Shown: positions 21,115 through 32,710, numbered from the stretch's first letter. The stretch: 64,000 nt of DNA from an uncultured delta proteobacterium (GCA_963743305.1 CAVUPH010000020.1:96001-160000), one strand, 5' to 3'. Translations and numbers: made by a program. The notes: a model not told the origin generated them from the letters alone.

Positions 21115-23259
21115 TTAACGATCCAGGATTTCCCGCACTTTCATCGCCAATTGATGCGGTGAAACCGGTTTTTGGAGAAAATCGCCTCCGGTCGACGACA
21201 GCCCTCGTTCCTTGACGGTATCATCCATATACCCGGACATGAACAAGACTCTAAGAGTCGGCCGTTGCCGACGAAGCCGTTCAGCCAGCTCTTTCCCGTT
21301 GATGCCGGTCATGACCACATCCGTCAAAAGAAGATCGATAGCCTCCGGAATGGTTTGACTTTGTCTCAAGGCATCCTCCCCCGAAACGGCGGTGATCACC
21401 CGGTAGCCCAGCGGCTGAAAGGTGTCCAGGATAACCTGGCGAATGGCCGCATCGTCATCGGCCACCAGCAGGGTCTCGGTTCCTATCGGGATCTTCTTGG
21501 GTCCGAATGTCTTGGAAGCCACGGCGGTTTCCGCGGTGACCGGCAAGAGGACTTGAAAAGTGGAGCCTTTTCCGAGTTCGCTGTTGACCCTGATGAATCC
21601 GTTGTGTTGCCGGACAATGCCGTACGCCGTGGCCAGCCCCAACCCCGTGCCCTTACCCAAGCCCTTCGTGGTGAAGAAGGGCTCAAATATCCTTTCTTGG
21701 ACATCGGGGGCCATGCCCGCCCCGTTATCGGAAATGGATAAAAGGATATACCTTTCCGGGGATTCCCCTTCGGGTAAAAGATGGAAATCCGCCCCTGGAT
21801 CAAGATCGCGGGTGGAGACGATAATTTTTCCTCCCGGAGGCAGCGCGTCCCGGGCGTTGACCACCAGGTTCATCACCACCTGGCCGATCTGATCGGCGTC
21901 AGCCAGGATATTTTTCAGAGGTGATTTGGTTTTGACCTCCAGGGTCATATCCTCCCGGAGCAGTCGTTTCAGGATCTTGGCCAGGTTGTCTACTACCGAA
22001 TTCAGGCTGATCACTTTCATTTCCAGTACCTGCTTGCGGCTGAAGGCCAGCAGTTGCCGGGTGAGCGAGGCGGCTTTTTCTCCGGCTTCGTGGATAATTC
22101 TTATTTCCTCCCGGAGGGGGTGATCCTCGCTGAGTCTCAACAGGATCAGCTCGCTATAGCCGAGGATGGCCGAGAGGAGGTTGTTGAAATCGTGGGCCAC
22201 TCCTCCGGCCAGGGCCCCGATGGATTCCATCTTTTGCGCCTGCTGTAATTGCGCCTGCAAATCTTTCTGCTTTTTTTCAGACTCCTTACGGCTGGAAATA
22301 TCCCGGACGATATGAATAATTCCTACCAGGCGACCTTCCGGAGTGAGTCGAGGCAAGGCCTTGATCTCCAGGTGCTTATTCAAATGGGGTTCGAAAGACT
22401 CCACCGTTATGGCTTTACCGGTTTTCAAAACCTGACAACTGGGGCAGTCCTCCGGCGGGCAGCCGGCGCCGTGAAACAACGCATAGCATTTTTGGCGGTT
22501 CAGGTTCAGGAAAGGGGCTGCTAAAATACTTTGGGCGGCCCGATTAGCCTGAATAATGTTGAAATCCGAATCGTGGATGGTGATCGCATCGTTGATGATA
22601 TCAAAGGTCTCCTCCCATTCCTTTTTGGCGGTGGCCAATTCTAATGTCCGTTCTTCGACCGACGCCTCCAGTTGGCCGTGGTATTCCTCCAATTCATGCC
22701 GCAGGCTCATTTCAGCGATAACCCGTTTCCAGCCGAAAAAGCGCATGACCAGGGCGCTGACCAGGACGCCAACGATAAAAAAATTCGCCGTGAAGAAAAA
22801 CCTGAAATCAGTCACCGGTTCGCCGAGAACGATAGGGAGCAAATAAATTAGGTAAATCAAGAGGGCATAGGTGACATGCAGAAAGAATTTGGCTTCAATG
22901 AACCCGACGATGCAGACCCCCACCAGTATCATGCCTACATAGTAGGGGGAAGAGGGGCCTCCGGTCTTCAGAATCATTAATTCGACCGTTATGGCGGTTC
23001 CGATGACCGCCAGGTAGGCCAGGAGGTGGTGGATAATCCGGTGGTTGGTTCGGCCCGCCCCAAAAGAAATCGTTAGCAGATAGACGGCGGCAACTATTCT
23101 ATAAATGAGAAAAGTTTCGAAGTATTGGGGGAAGCTGAAGTAATCCAGGAAAGCCAAAGCGAGGAAGACCAGTCCTCCCCAGGCCGGGCCGCGCTGAAGC
23201 CAGAACTGGAAAAGACGATCGATTTCCGAGGCGGGATTGTATTTTGGAAGAGGAGCCAA
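21115..23259 (-). CDS. Membrane-bound hybrid histidine kinase (TM-PAS-HisKA-HATPase-REC)
   Basis: AGGVAHDFNNLL, NLVVNARDA, EPFFTTK, GTGLGL, LLLTDVVM. Confidence 0.95.
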   Translation of the reverse strand: MAPLPKYNPASEIDRLFQFWLQRGPAWGGLVFLALAFLDYFSFPQYFETFLIYRIVAAVYLLTISFGAGRTNHRIIHHLLAYLAVIGTAITVELMILKTGGPSSPYYVGMILVGVCIVGFIEAKFFLHVTYALLIYLIYLLPIVLGEPVTDFRFFFTANFFIVGVLVSALVMRFFGWKRVIAEMSLRHELEEYHGQLEASVEERTLELATAKKEWEETFDIINDAITIHDSDFNIIQANRAAQSILAAPFLNLNRQKCYALFHGAGCPPEDCPSCQVLKTGKAITVESFEPHLNKHLEIKALPRLTPEGRLVGIIHIVRDISSRKESEKKQKDLQAQLQQAQKMESIGALAGGVAHDFNNLLSAILGYSELILLRLSEDHPLREEIRIIHEAGEKAASLTRQLLAFSRKQVLEMKVISLNSVVDNLAKILKRLLREDMTLEVKTKSPLKNILADADQIGQVVMNLVVNARDALPPGGKIIVSTRDLDPGADFHLLPEGESPERYILLSISDNGAGMAPDVQERIFEPFFTTKGLGKGTGLGLATAYGIVRQHNGFIRVNSELGKGSTFQVLLPVTAETAVASKTFGPKKIPIGTETLLVADDDAAIRQVILDTFQPLGYRVITAVSGEDALRQSQTIPEAIDLLLTDVVMTGINGKELAERLRRQRPTLRVLFMSGYMDDTVKERGLSSTGGDFLQKPVSPHQLAMKVREILDR

Positions 23260-23797
23260 GTGAAACCCTTTTAATAGTTTTGCCGGTGGAACTTTTTGAG
23301 TCGAAAAACGAACTGACCGACTTCTTCGGGCGCCGCAAACATTATCCCCTTCTTTTCGGTATTTCTAAATAGATTCTTTAGGGGGATCTTACCCTGCGAA
23401 GGAAAACTCCGTTCTGAGGAGAGTGCCTATAGGTCAAGATTTTTGAGGATCGGGTTGATTTTTTGGATGAACTTCCGGGAGGTAACCTGCGTCGTCCGGT
23501 TGTAGCTGTTCCCGTCTTGCGGGTTATTTTGGACAACGGTGCTGAAATCAAGACCGGCTGAAAAGTTTAGACCGCACGTTCAGTAATTCTAATATTCTCA
23601 CGGTGGCCAAAAGAATTTATCTAAAGGAAAGGGTATTTGTCAAGGGAATATGATTGGAGGGGAAAAGGATATTTTTTGATAGATTTTAGAAGGCGGACTG
23701 AGAATATTTTTCCTTTAGAACAAGTCAGACTATCGGCATCTGGCATCCATTTTCCGATAGTGAAATGGCGGTCTTTGGGCCATTTCTTTAATTATCT

Positions 23798-23893
23798 CTT
23801 CACTCTTTTGGGTGGGGGGCTCCCCTTTCCGGCTTAGCCGCCGGGGTTCGGCGAAAGGGTTTCCAAATTCTTTCCGGAGCGAATCCGGGTCAA
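23798..23893 (+). repeat. ~105-nt structured dispersed repeat, copy B
   Basis: CACTCTTTTGGGTGG...GCCGCCGGGGTTCGGCGAAAGGGTTT...CCGGAGCGAATCCGG. Confidence 0.65.
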
Positions 23894-23954
23894 AACGCCA
23901 AGATTCGTTTTAAGGCAGACCAATATAGCCGCCAGCCCCCCCGGATCTTTCCAT

Positions 23955-23983
23955 TTGACAAAAAAGGATAGATAACCTAAGAT
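23955..23983 (+). promoter_or_regulatory. Sigma70 promoter of the ilv-leu region
   Basis: TTGACA-17nt-TAAGAT. Confidence 0.65.
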
Positions 23984-24011
23984 AATTAATCAAAAAATTC
24001 AGGAGCAGCGT

Positions 24012-24254
24012 ATGGAAAAAAGGGACGAAGAATTGATCGACCAACTCCTGGCGGCGTCGGGGAATGATGATTTGCGTCGCCTCATGAAGGCTCACCGGGA
24101 ATTCGAAGCCCAGTTGCTGGAATTCAACAAGCGCCTTTATCTCTCCGATCAGGAGCAGGTGGAGCGAAAACGCCTCCAGAAGTTGAAACTGGCCGGTCGG
24201 GACCGTATCGACCAGATCCTCACCGACTATCGCCAAAAGGGGCTGGGAAGTTGA
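24012..24254 (+). CDS. DUF465/YdcH-like coiled-coil protein
   Basis: AGGAG RBS; HREFE...KRLQKLKLAGRDRI. Confidence 0.8.
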   Translation: MEKRDEELIDQLLAASGNDDLRRLMKAHREFEAQLLEFNKRLYLSDQEQVERKRLQKLKLAGRDRIDQILTDYRQKGLGS

Positions 24255-25939
24255 AATTATCGGGTGCCGAAATTCTAATCGAGAGCCTGCTTCAAGAGGG
24301 GGTGAAGATTGTCTTCGGCTACCCCGGAGCGGTGATTACCGATATTTACGATGTCCTGGAAAAGAAGCCCATCCGGCACATCCTGGTGCGTCACGAGCAG
24401 GGGGCGGTCCACATGGCCGACGGCTATGCCCGGGCCTCGGGTCAGGTGGGGGTCTGCCTGGTGACCTCCGGGCCGGGGGCGACCAACACGGTTACCGGCA
24501 TCGCCTCCGCCTATATGGACTCCATCCCCATCGTGGTTTTCACCGGACAGGTGCCGACGGAGCTCATCGGCAATGACGCCTTTCAGGAAGTGGACATCGT
24601 GGGGATCACCCGACCCTGTACCAAGCACAATTACCTGGTCAAACGGGTGGAAGACCTGGCCCGGGTGATCAAGGAGGCCTTTTTCCTGGCCCGCTCCGGT
24701 CGGCCGGGTCCGATCCTGGTGGACCTGCCCAAGGATGTGCTTAAGGCCATCACCGAGTTTAAATACCCGAAAAAAGTCGAAATGAAAAGCTATCGCCCCA
24801 CCTACAACGCTCACCCGGGGCAGATCGAGAAAGCGGCCGCCGCACTGCAGAAGGCCAGGAAACCGGTGATCTATGCCGGCGGCGGGGCGCTCTCTTCCCG
24901 TTGCTCCCCGGAGATCCAGACCCTGGCCGAAACCCTGTCCATCCCGGTGACCTCGACCCTGATGGGGCTGGGTTGCTTCCCCGGAAGGCATCCGCTCTCC
25001 CTGGGGATGCTGGGCATGCACGGGACCTATTGGGCCAACATGGCCGTCGGTCATTGCGACCTGCTAATCGCGGTGGGCGCCCGTTTCGACGACCGGGTGA
25101 CGGGCAATGTGGACCGGTTTGCGCCCGAGGCGCGCATCATTCACATCGATATCGATCCCACCTCCATCCGGAAAAGCGTGAAAGTGGAAATCCCGATCGT
25201 GGGCGATTGCAAGGACGCCCTGACCAAACTAAACCATCGGGTCCGGCAGTGGCCCGAACAGGATTGGAACGAGTTTCGCCTCCCCTGGCTTGAGGAGATC
25301 CGGGAGTGGAAGGCCTCTCACCCGCTGACCTACCGGCAGGAGGGGGAGGAAATAAAGCCGCAGTTTGTCGTGGAAAAGATCTACGAGGTCACCAGGGGCC
25401 AGGCCATCATCACCACCGAGGTCGGCCAGAACCAGATGTGGGCCGCCCAGTTTTACCACTTTGACCGCCCGAACTCTTTTATCACCTCCGGAGGATTGGG
25501 GGTCATGGGTTTTGGGTTCCCGGCGGCCATCGGGGCCCAAATCGCCTGTCCGGAGCGCATGGTTATCGACATCGCCGGCGACGGCAGCATCCAGATGAAC
25601 ATCCAGGAGCTGGCCACGGCCGTGGCCAACAACGTCCCGGTCAAGATCGCCATCCTGAACAATGGCTATCTGGGCATGGTCCGGCAGGTGCAGGAACTGT
25701 TCTATGGAAAACGCTATGCGCAAACGGCCCTGAAAGGCAACCCGGATTTCGTTAAGCTGGCCGAAGCCTACGGGGCAGTGGGGCTCCGGGCCACGCGGCC
25801 GGAAGAAGTGGTCCCGGTCATCAAAAAAGCCCTGTCGATCCCCAAGCTGGTGATCATGGACTTTGTGGTTTGTTCCGAGGAATGCGTTTCCCCCATGGTG
25901 CCGTCCGGGGCGGCTATGACGGAAATGCTCTTGGTGTAA
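24251..25939 (+). CDS. ilvB: Acetolactate synthase large subunit
   Basis: FGYPG, RHEQ, TSGPGATN, GDGSIQMN TPP motif. Confidence 0.97.
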   Translation: MKLSGAEILIESLLQEGVKIVFGYPGAVITDIYDVLEKKPIRHILVRHEQGAVHMADGYARASGQVGVCLVTSGPGATNTVTGIASAYMDSIPIVVFTGQVPTELIGNDAFQEVDIVGITRPCTKHNYLVKRVEDLARVIKEAFFLARSGRPGPILVDLPKDVLKAITEFKYPKKVEMKSYRPTYNAHPGQIEKAAAALQKARKPVIYAGGGALSSRCSPEIQTLAETLSIPVTSTLMGLGCFPGRHPLSLGMLGMHGTYWANMAVGHCDLLIAVGARFDDRVTGNVDRFAPEARIIHIDIDPTSIRKSVKVEIPIVGDCKDALTKLNHRVRQWPEQDWNEFRLPWLEEIREWKASHPLTYRQEGEEIKPQFVVEKIYEVTRGQAIITTEVGQNQMWAAQFYHFDRPNSFITSGGLGVMGFGFPAAIGAQIACPERMVIDIAGDGSIQMNIQELATAVANNVPVKIAILNNGYLGMVRQVQELFYGKRYAQTALKGNPDFVKLAEAYGAVGLRATRPEEVVPVIKKALSIPKLVIMDFVVCSEECVSPMVPSGAAMTEMLLV

Positions 25940-25943
25940 CGGT

Positions 25944-26474
25944 ATGGAAAATAATCAAAATCAAAAACATACCATTTCGGTTTTAGTGGATAATGAACCC
26001 GGGGTTTTGTCCCGGGTGACCGGGTTGTTCAGCGGTCGGGGATTCAATATTGAAAGCCTCTGTGTGGCGGAAACCATGGAGCCCGAGGTTTCCCGGATAA
26101 CCCTGGTCACTCAGGGCAATGAGCAGATCGTCGAACAGATCACCAAGCAGTTGAACAAGCTGGTGAATGTGATCAAGGTGATCGATTTCACCCAGACCGA
26201 GTTTGTGGAAAGAGAAATGGCCCTGGTCAAGGTCAGGGCCGAAGCCGCCACCCGGGCGGAAATCCTGCGGATCGTGGATATTTTCCGCTGCCAGGTGGTG
26301 GATGTGAGCCCCCAGGAATATACCATCGAGGTCACCGGCAATGAAGGCAAGATCACGGCCATTTTGGACCTGCTGAGCCATTTGGGGATTAAAGAAATTG
26401 CCCGGACCGGGGCCATCGCCCTGGCCCGCAGCAAAAAAGAGGGGGCCTTGAAACGTGAAAAAATGAAAGGATGA
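25944..26474 (+). CDS. ilvN: Acetolactate synthase small subunit
   Basis: ACT domain NEPGVLSRVTGLFSGRGFNI, EIARTG. Confidence 0.96.
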   Translation: MENNQNQKHTISVLVDNEPGVLSRVTGLFSGRGFNIESLCVAETMEPEVSRITLVTQGNEQIVEQITKQLNKLVNVIKVIDFTQTEFVEREMALVKVRAEAATRAEILRIVDIFRCQVVDVSPQEYTIEVTGNEGKITAILDLLSHLGIKEIARTGAIALARSKKEGALKREKMKG

Positions 26475-26524
26475 AGGGCTGTCGCCCTTATCTATAATTA
26501 GACTATTAGACTGAGGAGGAAAAG

Positions 26525-27514
26525 ATGAAGATTTATTATGATCAAGACGCCGACCTGAATGACCTGAAAGGGATCAAGGTGGCGATTATCGGCTACGGGA
26601 GCCAAGGGCACGCCCAGGCGCTGAATCTGCGCGATTCCGGGGTGGATGTGGTCGTGGCCGAATTGGCCGGAACGGACAATTACCGCTTGGCCCAGGAACA
26701 CGGCTTTTCTCCGGTGACGGCCGCCGAGGCCTCGGCTCAGGCCCAGGTCATCCAAATCCTGGCCCAGGACCATGCCCAGGCCTTTCTCTTTGAAAACGAA
26801 GTCAAAAAACACCTCCATCAGGGAAAGACCCTGGTCTTCTCCCACGGATTCAATATTCATTACGGGCAGATCCAGCCTGCTCCGGAGGTGGACGTGATCA
26901 TGGTCGCCCCCAAAGGTCCCGGGCACCTGGTCCGCCGCGAATACGAAAAAGGGGCCGGTGTCCCTTCCCTGGTGGCTATCTATCAAAATGCCTCGGGCCA
27001 GGCCCTGAAGATCGCCTTGGCCTATGCCAAAGGGATCGGGGCCACCCGGGCCGGAGTGATTGAGACCAACTTTAAGGAAGAGACTGAAACCGATCTTTTC
27101 GGGGAACAATCCGTCCTCTGCGGCGGGGTGACCGAATTGGTCAAAGCCGGGTTTGATACCCTGACCGAGGCCGGGTATCAGCCGGAGATCGCCTATTTCG
27201 AATGTCTTCACGAGTTGAAATTGATCGTGGATTTGATGTACGAAGGCGGCATCAGCCGCATGCGCTATTCGGTCAGCGACACGGCCGAATTCGGGGACCT
27301 GACCCGGGGGAAACGGATCATCACCGAGGAGACCCGGAAGGAAATGAAAAGGATACTGAAAGAGATCCAGAGCGGGGAGTTTGCCCGGGAGTGGATCCTG
27401 GAGAATCAGGCCAATCGTCCGGTTTTTAACGGGCTCAGACGGATCGAAGCCGAGCACCCGATTGAGGAAGTCGGGAAAAAGCTTCGGGGTATGATGAGCT
27501 GGCTGAAAAAATAG
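26525..27514 (+). CDS. ilvC: Ketol-acid reductoisomerase
   Basis: GYGSQG, APKGPGH, DLFGEQ. Confidence 0.98.
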   Translation: MKIYYDQDADLNDLKGIKVAIIGYGSQGHAQALNLRDSGVDVVVAELAGTDNYRLAQEHGFSPVTAAEASAQAQVIQILAQDHAQAFLFENEVKKHLHQGKTLVFSHGFNIHYGQIQPAPEVDVIMVAPKGPGHLVRREYEKGAGVPSLVAIYQNASGQALKIALAYAKGIGATRAGVIETNFKEETETDLFGEQSVLCGGVTELVKAGFDTLTEAGYQPEIAYFECLHELKLIVDLMYEGGISRMRYSVSDTAEFGDLTRGKRIITEETRKEMKRILKEIQSGEFAREWILENQANRPVFNGLRRIEAEHPIEEVGKKLRGMMSWLKK

Positions 27515-27528
27515 GCCACTGGATCCGG

Positions 27529-28164
27529 ATGCGTATTCCCGTCGCCCGCCAGGGGGCTCCCATTATCGCCTTGGGTTTGGGACTGGTGGTCCTCTGCGGA
27601 TGGCTGGGGAGCTGGATAGGCATGAGTCTGACCGGTCTCTTCGCGCTCTTCGCGATCGCCTTTTTCCGGGACCCCGAGCGGGTTTCTCCGAGCGGAAAGG
27701 GGGCGATACTGGCGCCGGCTGACGGGCGGGTGTTGCTGATAGAGGAACAGGGGGCTGGACCGGGGGGGGCGGAACGAACGTTGAAGATCAGTATCTTCAT
27801 GTCGGTCTTTAACTGCCATGTGAACCGGGTTCCGCTCAGAGGGGTTGTCGAGGGGATCGACTACCGTCCGGGAAAATTTTTTGCGGCCCACCAGGATCGG
27901 GCCTCCGGGCAGAATGAACAAAATATCCTCCACTTGAAAACGGATCAGGGAGATCACTTTACGGTGGTCCAGATCGCCGGGCTGATCGCCCGCCGGATCG
28001 TCTGCTGGGTTCGAAGCGGTGATCGGGTCGGCGCCGGCGATCGTTTTGGTTTGATTCAGTTCGGATCCCGGGTGGACCTCTACCTGCCCCTCGAATCCCG
28101 GATCACCATTAAACGCGGCGACCGCACTAAAGCGGGATTGACCGTGTTGGGGTATTTGCCATGA
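27529..28164 (+). CDS. psd: Phosphatidylserine decarboxylase proenzyme
   Basis: FFRDPER, APADG, HVNRVP, FGSRVD. Confidence 0.93.
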   Translation: MRIPVARQGAPIIALGLGLVVLCGWLGSWIGMSLTGLFALFAIAFFRDPERVSPSGKGAILAPADGRVLLIEEQGAGPGGAERTLKISIFMSVFNCHVNRVPLRGVVEGIDYRPGKFFAAHQDRASGQNEQNILHLKTDQGDHFTVVQIAGLIARRIVCWVRSGDRVGAGDRFGLIQFGSRVDLYLPLESRITIKRGDRTKAGLTVLGYLP

Positions 28165-28925
28165 AGATGCAGCGCAGAGCCAAAAAACGGCGGGATAGAA
28201 GAAGAGGCATTTTTTTATTGCCGAACCTGGTTACCACGGCCAGTCTTTTTTGTGGATTTTATGCCATCATCGCTGCTATACAGGGAAATTTTTACCAGGG
28301 GGCGATTTCCATCCTGGTGGCTGCCGTGCTGGATGGACTGGACGGGCGCATTGCCCGCATGACCCATACCACCAGCGCTTTTGGGGTGCAGTATGATTCC
28401 CTGTCAGACCTGATCGCCTTCGGCCTGGCACCCGGCATCGTGGTTTTTTTGTGGGCCTTGCGGCCTTTCAACCGCCTCGGCTGGCTGGCGGCCTTTCTAT
28501 ACGTGGTCTGCGGGGCCTTGCGCCTGGCTCGGTTCAATGTCCAGGTGGGGCAGGTGAATCCCAACTTCTTCGTCGGGTTGCCCATTCCGGCGGCAGCGGC
28601 CATCGTGTCCGCCACCATCCTATTTGTCTACCAGATGGGGGGGGCCAGTTCGACCGGCTATCTCTTGATCCTGATCATGATGTATACCCTTTCTTTTCTG
28701 ATGGTCAGCAACCTGAGCTATCCGAGTTTCAAGGGGTTAAAACTGGCGGAGCGGCGTTCGTTCAATGTCTTAGTCGCCGGGGTCCTGTTGTTTGTCCTGA
28801 TCGCCATGGAGCCCTTCGTGATGCTGACCGTCTTCATCCTGGGGTATGTCCTCTCGGGCCCGGCAGTCAGCCTTTATTTGTGGAAAAAAAAACCGATTCC
28901 GGAACCGGTTGAAAAACCGATTTGA
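28161..28925 (+). CDS. pssA: CDP-diacylglycerol--serine O-phosphatidyltransferase
   Basis: DGLDGRIAR...G..YDSLSD, LRLARFN. Confidence 0.95.
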   Translation: MKMQRRAKKRRDRRRGIFLLPNLVTTASLFCGFYAIIAAIQGNFYQGAISILVAAVLDGLDGRIARMTHTTSAFGVQYDSLSDLIAFGLAPGIVVFLWALRPFNRLGWLAAFLYVVCGALRLARFNVQVGQVNPNFFVGLPIPAAAAIVSATILFVYQMGGASSTGYLLILIMMYTLSFLMVSNLSYPSFKGLKLAERRSFNVLVAGVLLFVLIAMEPFVMLTVFILGYVLSGPAVSLYLWKKKPIPEPVEKPI

Positions 28926-28994
28926 ATCTTCGGCCGGCAAGAATAAGAGGTGGTTTGCCCTTTTGGGTGGGCGGCCAAATCATATAAAGGACGA

Positions 28995-29069
28995 AAATCC
29001 CCCCAGCCCCCCTTTTCCTAAGGGGGGAGATAAAGTCCCCCTTTGGCAAAGGGGGATTTAGGGGGATTT
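28995..29069. repeat. CCCCCTTT..AAAGGGGG-type palindromic element
   Basis: AAATCCCCC...GGGGGATTT with two internal hairpins; flanked by ACGAAAA and ATTTTCGTATTAA (29101). Confidence 0.75.
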
Positions 29070-29129
29070 CCAAAGAGCCGGAATAACCCCCAAACCTTTC
29101 ATTTTCGTATTAAGGATTGCGGATTTTTT

Positions 29130-30662
29130 ATGGCGGAACGTATTATCATTTTTGACACCACCCTGCGGGACGGCGAACAATCCCCGGGGGCCAGCATGAA
29201 CAAGGCGGAAAAGCTCCGCCTGGCCCGCCAGTTGGAAAAATTAAAAGTGGACGTGATCGAGGCCGGATTCCCGGTGGCTTCCCAGGGGGACTTTGAGGCC
29301 GTGAGTCTGATCGCCAAGGAGGTCCGGGGATTGACGGTAGCGGCCTTGGCCCGGACCCAAAAAGGAGATATCGACCGGGCCTGGGAGGCCATCAAGACCG
29401 CGGCCGACCCCCGTCTGCATATCTTCATCGCTACTTCGGACCTTCATTTGAAGTACAAGCTGCGCAAGACCGGGCGGGAAGTGCTGGAGTTGATTCGGGA
29501 AGGAATCGGTTACGCCCGCCGCTATACCCAAAACATAGAATTCTCGGCCGAAGACGCCTCCCGGTCCAAAATCGGGTTTTTATCCCAGGCCCTGCAGACG
29601 GCCGTTAAGGCCGGGGCCACGACCCTCAATGTGCCGGACACGGTCGGCTACGCCCTGCCGGAGGAATTCGGAGAAAAAATACGTTTCCTGCGGGAAAAGG
29701 TCCAAGCCCCGTCGGAGGTAGTCTGGAGCGTGCATTGTCATAATGACCTGGGCTTGGCCCTGGCCAATTCCCTGGCGGCCATGGACCAGGGGGCCCGCCA
29801 GGTGGAAGTGACGATTAACGGCATCGGGGAAAGGGCCGGGAATACCTCCCTGGAAGAACTGGTCATGGCCCTTCATACCCGGAAGGATCTGAAGCCCTAT
29901 GTAACCCGCCTGGATCGGCGGCAGATATTCCCCACCAGCCGATTGGTCAGCCGGATCACCGGTTTGGTGGTGCCGGCCAACAAACCCATCGTGGGGGCCA
30001 ATGCCTTCGCCCATGAATCCGGGATCCACCAGGACGGGGTGCTTAAGAAACGGTCCACCTACGAAATCATGACCCCCAAGGACATCGGCTTGGGTCAGAA
30101 CCTGTTGGTCCTGGGAAAGCATTCCGGACGCCACGCCTTTGAGGAGCGGCTGAAGGAGATGGGCTACGCGCTGAACCCGGAGGATTTCCAGAAGGTCTTC
30201 GATCGCTTTAAAGACCTGGCGGATAAAAAGAAAGAGGTGGTCAACGAAGACCTGGAAGCCCTGATCGCCGATGAAATTCTGATGATCCCCGATACCTACA
30301 AGCTGATTTATCTGAACGTGATCAGCGGCAACGTGGCGGTCCCGACGGCTACGGTCCAGATCGAATGGAACGGGGAAATCCTCCAAAAGGCCGGATTCGG
30401 GGTGGGGCCCATCGATGCCACTTTCAATACCATTAAAAAGATCACCCGGACCAATTCCCAGCTTTTGAGCTTCGCGGTGAACGCCATCACCGGGGGCATG
30501 GATGCCCAGGGGCAGGTCAACGTACGACTGGAGGAGCAGGGGATCGTCGTTTTAGGTAAAGGCGCCGATCCGGATATCATCACGGCCAGCGCCAAGGCCT
30601 ATTTGAATGCCTTGAACCGGCTGGAGTATTTAAAAAAGAACCCGATTAAGAAACTGCGATGA
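29130..30662 (+). CDS. leuA: 2-isopropylmalate synthase
   Basis: [23 protein letters not shown]; start at ATG 29130. Confidence 0.97.
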   Translation: MAERIIIFDTTLRDGEQSPGASMNKAEKLRLARQLEKLKVDVIEAGFPVASQGDFEAVSLIAKEVRGLTVAALARTQKGDIDRAWEAIKTAADPRLHIFIATSDLHLKYKLRKTGREVLELIREGIGYARRYTQNIEFSAEDASRSKIGFLSQALQTAVKAGATTLNVPDTVGYALPEEFGEKIRFLREKVQAPSEVVWSVHCHNDLGLALANSLAAMDQGARQVEVTINGIGERAGNTSLEELVMALHTRKDLKPYVTRLDRRQIFPTSRLVSRITGLVVPANKPIVGANAFAHESGIHQDGVLKKRSTYEIMTPKDIGLGQNLLVLGKHSGRHAFEERLKEMGYALNPEDFQKVFDRFKDLADKKKEVVNEDLEALIADEILMIPDTYKLIYLNVISGNVAVPTATVQIEWNGEILQKAGFGVGPIDATFNTIKKITRTNSQLLSFAVNAITGGMDAQGQVNVRLEEQGIVVLGKGADPDIITASAKAYLNALNRLEYLKKNPIKKLR

Positions 30663-31966
30663 CTCGAAAAGCCCAGACCATTACCGAAAAAATCCTGGCC
30701 GCCCATGCCGGTTTGAAAACCGTCGAGCCCGGCCAATTGATCCAGGCCAAAGTGGACCTGACCCTGGCCAACGACATTACCGCCCCGATCGCCATCCAGG
30801 TTTTTAAGGAAGCCGGCGGGCGAAAGGTTTTCAACCGTCGGAAAGTCGTGCTGGTGCCGGACCATTTTGTTCCCAACAAGGATATCGCCGCCGCCGAACA
30901 GTGCCGCCTGATCAGGGAGTTCGCCCGGGAGCAGCAACTGGAATATTTTTTTGAGCTGGGCGAGATGGGGATCGAGCACGCCCTGCTCCCGGAGAAGGGA
31001 TTGGTGCTGCCCGGCGATTTAGTCATCGGGGCGGACAGCCATACCTGCACTTACGGGGCCCTGGGGGCCTTTGCCACCGGCGTGGGCAGCACGGACCTGG
31101 GGGCGGCCATGATCACCGGGACGACCTGGTTCAAAGTGCCGTCCAGCCTAAAATTTATTTATCGCGGCCGACCCCGGCCCTGGGTCTCCGGGAAAGACCT
31201 GATCCTCCATACCATCGGGGATATCGGGGTGGACGGGGCCTTGTATCAGGCCATGGAATTCTCCGGGCCGGCCGTCGCCCGGCTCTCCATGGCCGACCGG
31301 TTGACCATGGCCAATATGGCCATTGAGGCCGGGGCCAAATCCGGCATCTTCGAACCGGATGAAATCACCCGGGCCTACGTGCGGGAACGGTCAAAGAAGG
31401 AAGGCCGCTGCTACCACTCCGATCCAGGGGCGGAATACGCCGCGGTGCGGGAGTATGACCTGAGGGATATCGAACCGCAGGTGGCCTTTCCCCACCTGCC
31501 GGAAAATAGCCGGCCCCTGTCCCGGGTGGGCCGGGTTCCGATCGACCAGGCCGTTATCGGCTCCTGCACCAATGGGCGACTGGAGGACTTGCGCGTCGCC
31601 GCCCGGGTTCTAAAAAACCAAAAAACAGCCAGGGGGGTACGTTTAATCATCATTCCGGCCACCCCCTGGATCTATCGGCAAGCCATCAAGGAAGGTTTGG
31701 TGGAAATATTTCTGCAGGCCGGCGGAGTGGTCAGCACGCCGACCTGCGGTCCCTGTTTAGGGGGGTACATGGGCATTCTGGCCCAGGGGGAACGCGCCAT
31801 CGCCACCACCAACCGCAATTTTGTGGGCCGGATGGGACACCCGAAGAGCGAGGTCTATCTGTCCAACCCGGCTGTGGCCGCGGCCTCCGCCGTTTTGGGT
31901 CGGATCGGCGGAGTGGAGGAGCTACCCAAAACGGTAAGACGCCGGACGCCAAGCGCGCGGCGCTAA
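30659..31966 (+). CDS. leuC: 3-isopropylmalate dehydratase large subunit
   Basis: DSHTCT, GSCTN, CGPCLG, TTNRNF. Confidence 0.96.
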   Translation: MTRKAQTITEKILAAHAGLKTVEPGQLIQAKVDLTLANDITAPIAIQVFKEAGGRKVFNRRKVVLVPDHFVPNKDIAAAEQCRLIREFAREQQLEYFFELGEMGIEHALLPEKGLVLPGDLVIGADSHTCTYGALGAFATGVGSTDLGAAMITGTTWFKVPSSLKFIYRGRPRPWVSGKDLILHTIGDIGVDGALYQAMEFSGPAVARLSMADRLTMANMAIEAGAKSGIFEPDEITRAYVRERSKKEGRCYHSDPGAEYAAVREYDLRDIEPQVAFPHLPENSRPLSRVGRVPIDQAVIGSCTNGRLEDLRVAARVLKNQKTARGVRLIIIPATPWIYRQAIKEGLVEIFLQAGGVVSTPTCGPCLGGYMGILAQGERAIATTNRNFVGRMGHPKSEVYLSNPAVAAASAVLGRIGGVEELPKTVRRRTPSARR

Positions 31967-31969
31967 GCC

Positions 31970-32153
31970 TTTTGCACAGTAAACCCGCGTGCCTGGGTCG
32001 GGCATCCCGAAGCATTAAAATAAGAGACTTATCTGTCATTGCGAGGAGCGAAGCGACGAAGCAATCCCCCGGTTGGCTTACAACGCCCTCCAAACTCATT
32101 CGGGGGATTGCTTCGCTTCGCTCCTCGCAATGACAGGCTATTTTCGTACTAAA
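31970..32153. repeat. Wrapper-B repeat enclosing a GTCATTGCGAG palindrome (32033-32136)
   Basis: GGGCATCCCGAAGCATTAAAA...palindrome...TATTTTCGTACTAAA. Confidence 0.85.
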
Positions 32154-32164
32154 CATCTATTGCT

Positions 32165-32710
32165 ATGGTTAAAGGAAAACCTATGATTTATAAAGGGCAG
32201 GCCTGGAAATTCGGGGATCATGTGGATACGGATGTGATCATCCCGGCGCGGTATTTAACGTCTTCCGACCCCCAGGAATTGGGTAAACATTGTCTGGAAG
32301 ACGCCGATCCTCAATTCGTCCGGAAAATAAAAAAGGGCGATATCCTCGTGGCCGGAAAAAATTTCGGGAGCGGATCCTCCCGGGAGCACGCCCCTATTGC
32401 CCTCAAGGCCGCCGGCCTCTCCTGCGTCATCGCGAAAAGTTTTGCCCGGATTTTCTATCGCAACGCCTTCAACATGGGGTTGCCCATCCTGGAAAGCCCG
32501 AAAGCTTCCGAGGCGATACGTCCCGGGGATTCACTGGTGGTCAATACCGATACCGGGATGATCGAAGACCGGACCAGCGGAGAGAAATTTCAGGCCCAGC
32601 CCATCCCGCCCTTCATGCAGGAATTGGTTCGTGATGGGGGGTTGATCCAGCATATCAAAAAGGGGCAAGACGGAGATCGCGGAGGGCCGAGCGCCAAGCG
32701 CTCAGAGTAA
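32165..32710 (+). CDS. leuD: 3-isopropylmalate dehydratase small subunit
   Basis: [22 protein letters not shown]; start may be 32183. Confidence 0.96.
   Translation: MVKGKPMIYKGQAWKFGDHVDTDVIIPARYLTSSDPQELGKHCLEDADPQFVRKIKKGDILVAGKNFGSGSSREHAPIALKAAGLSCVIAKSFARIFYRNAFNMGLPILESPKASEAIRPGDSLVVNTDTGMIEDRTSGEKFQAQPIPPFMQELVRDGGLIQHIKKGQDGDRGGPSAKRSE

Noticed and set aside
23280-23640. c-di-GMP or other riboswitch upstream of the hybrid kinase
   Set aside because: GACGCA and GGTCTAA-like words are in the wrong order and I could not build the fold
23984-24250. ilv/leu attenuator leader peptide
   Set aside because: The upstream ORF is a DUF465-like protein; no Leu/Ile/Val run with terminator
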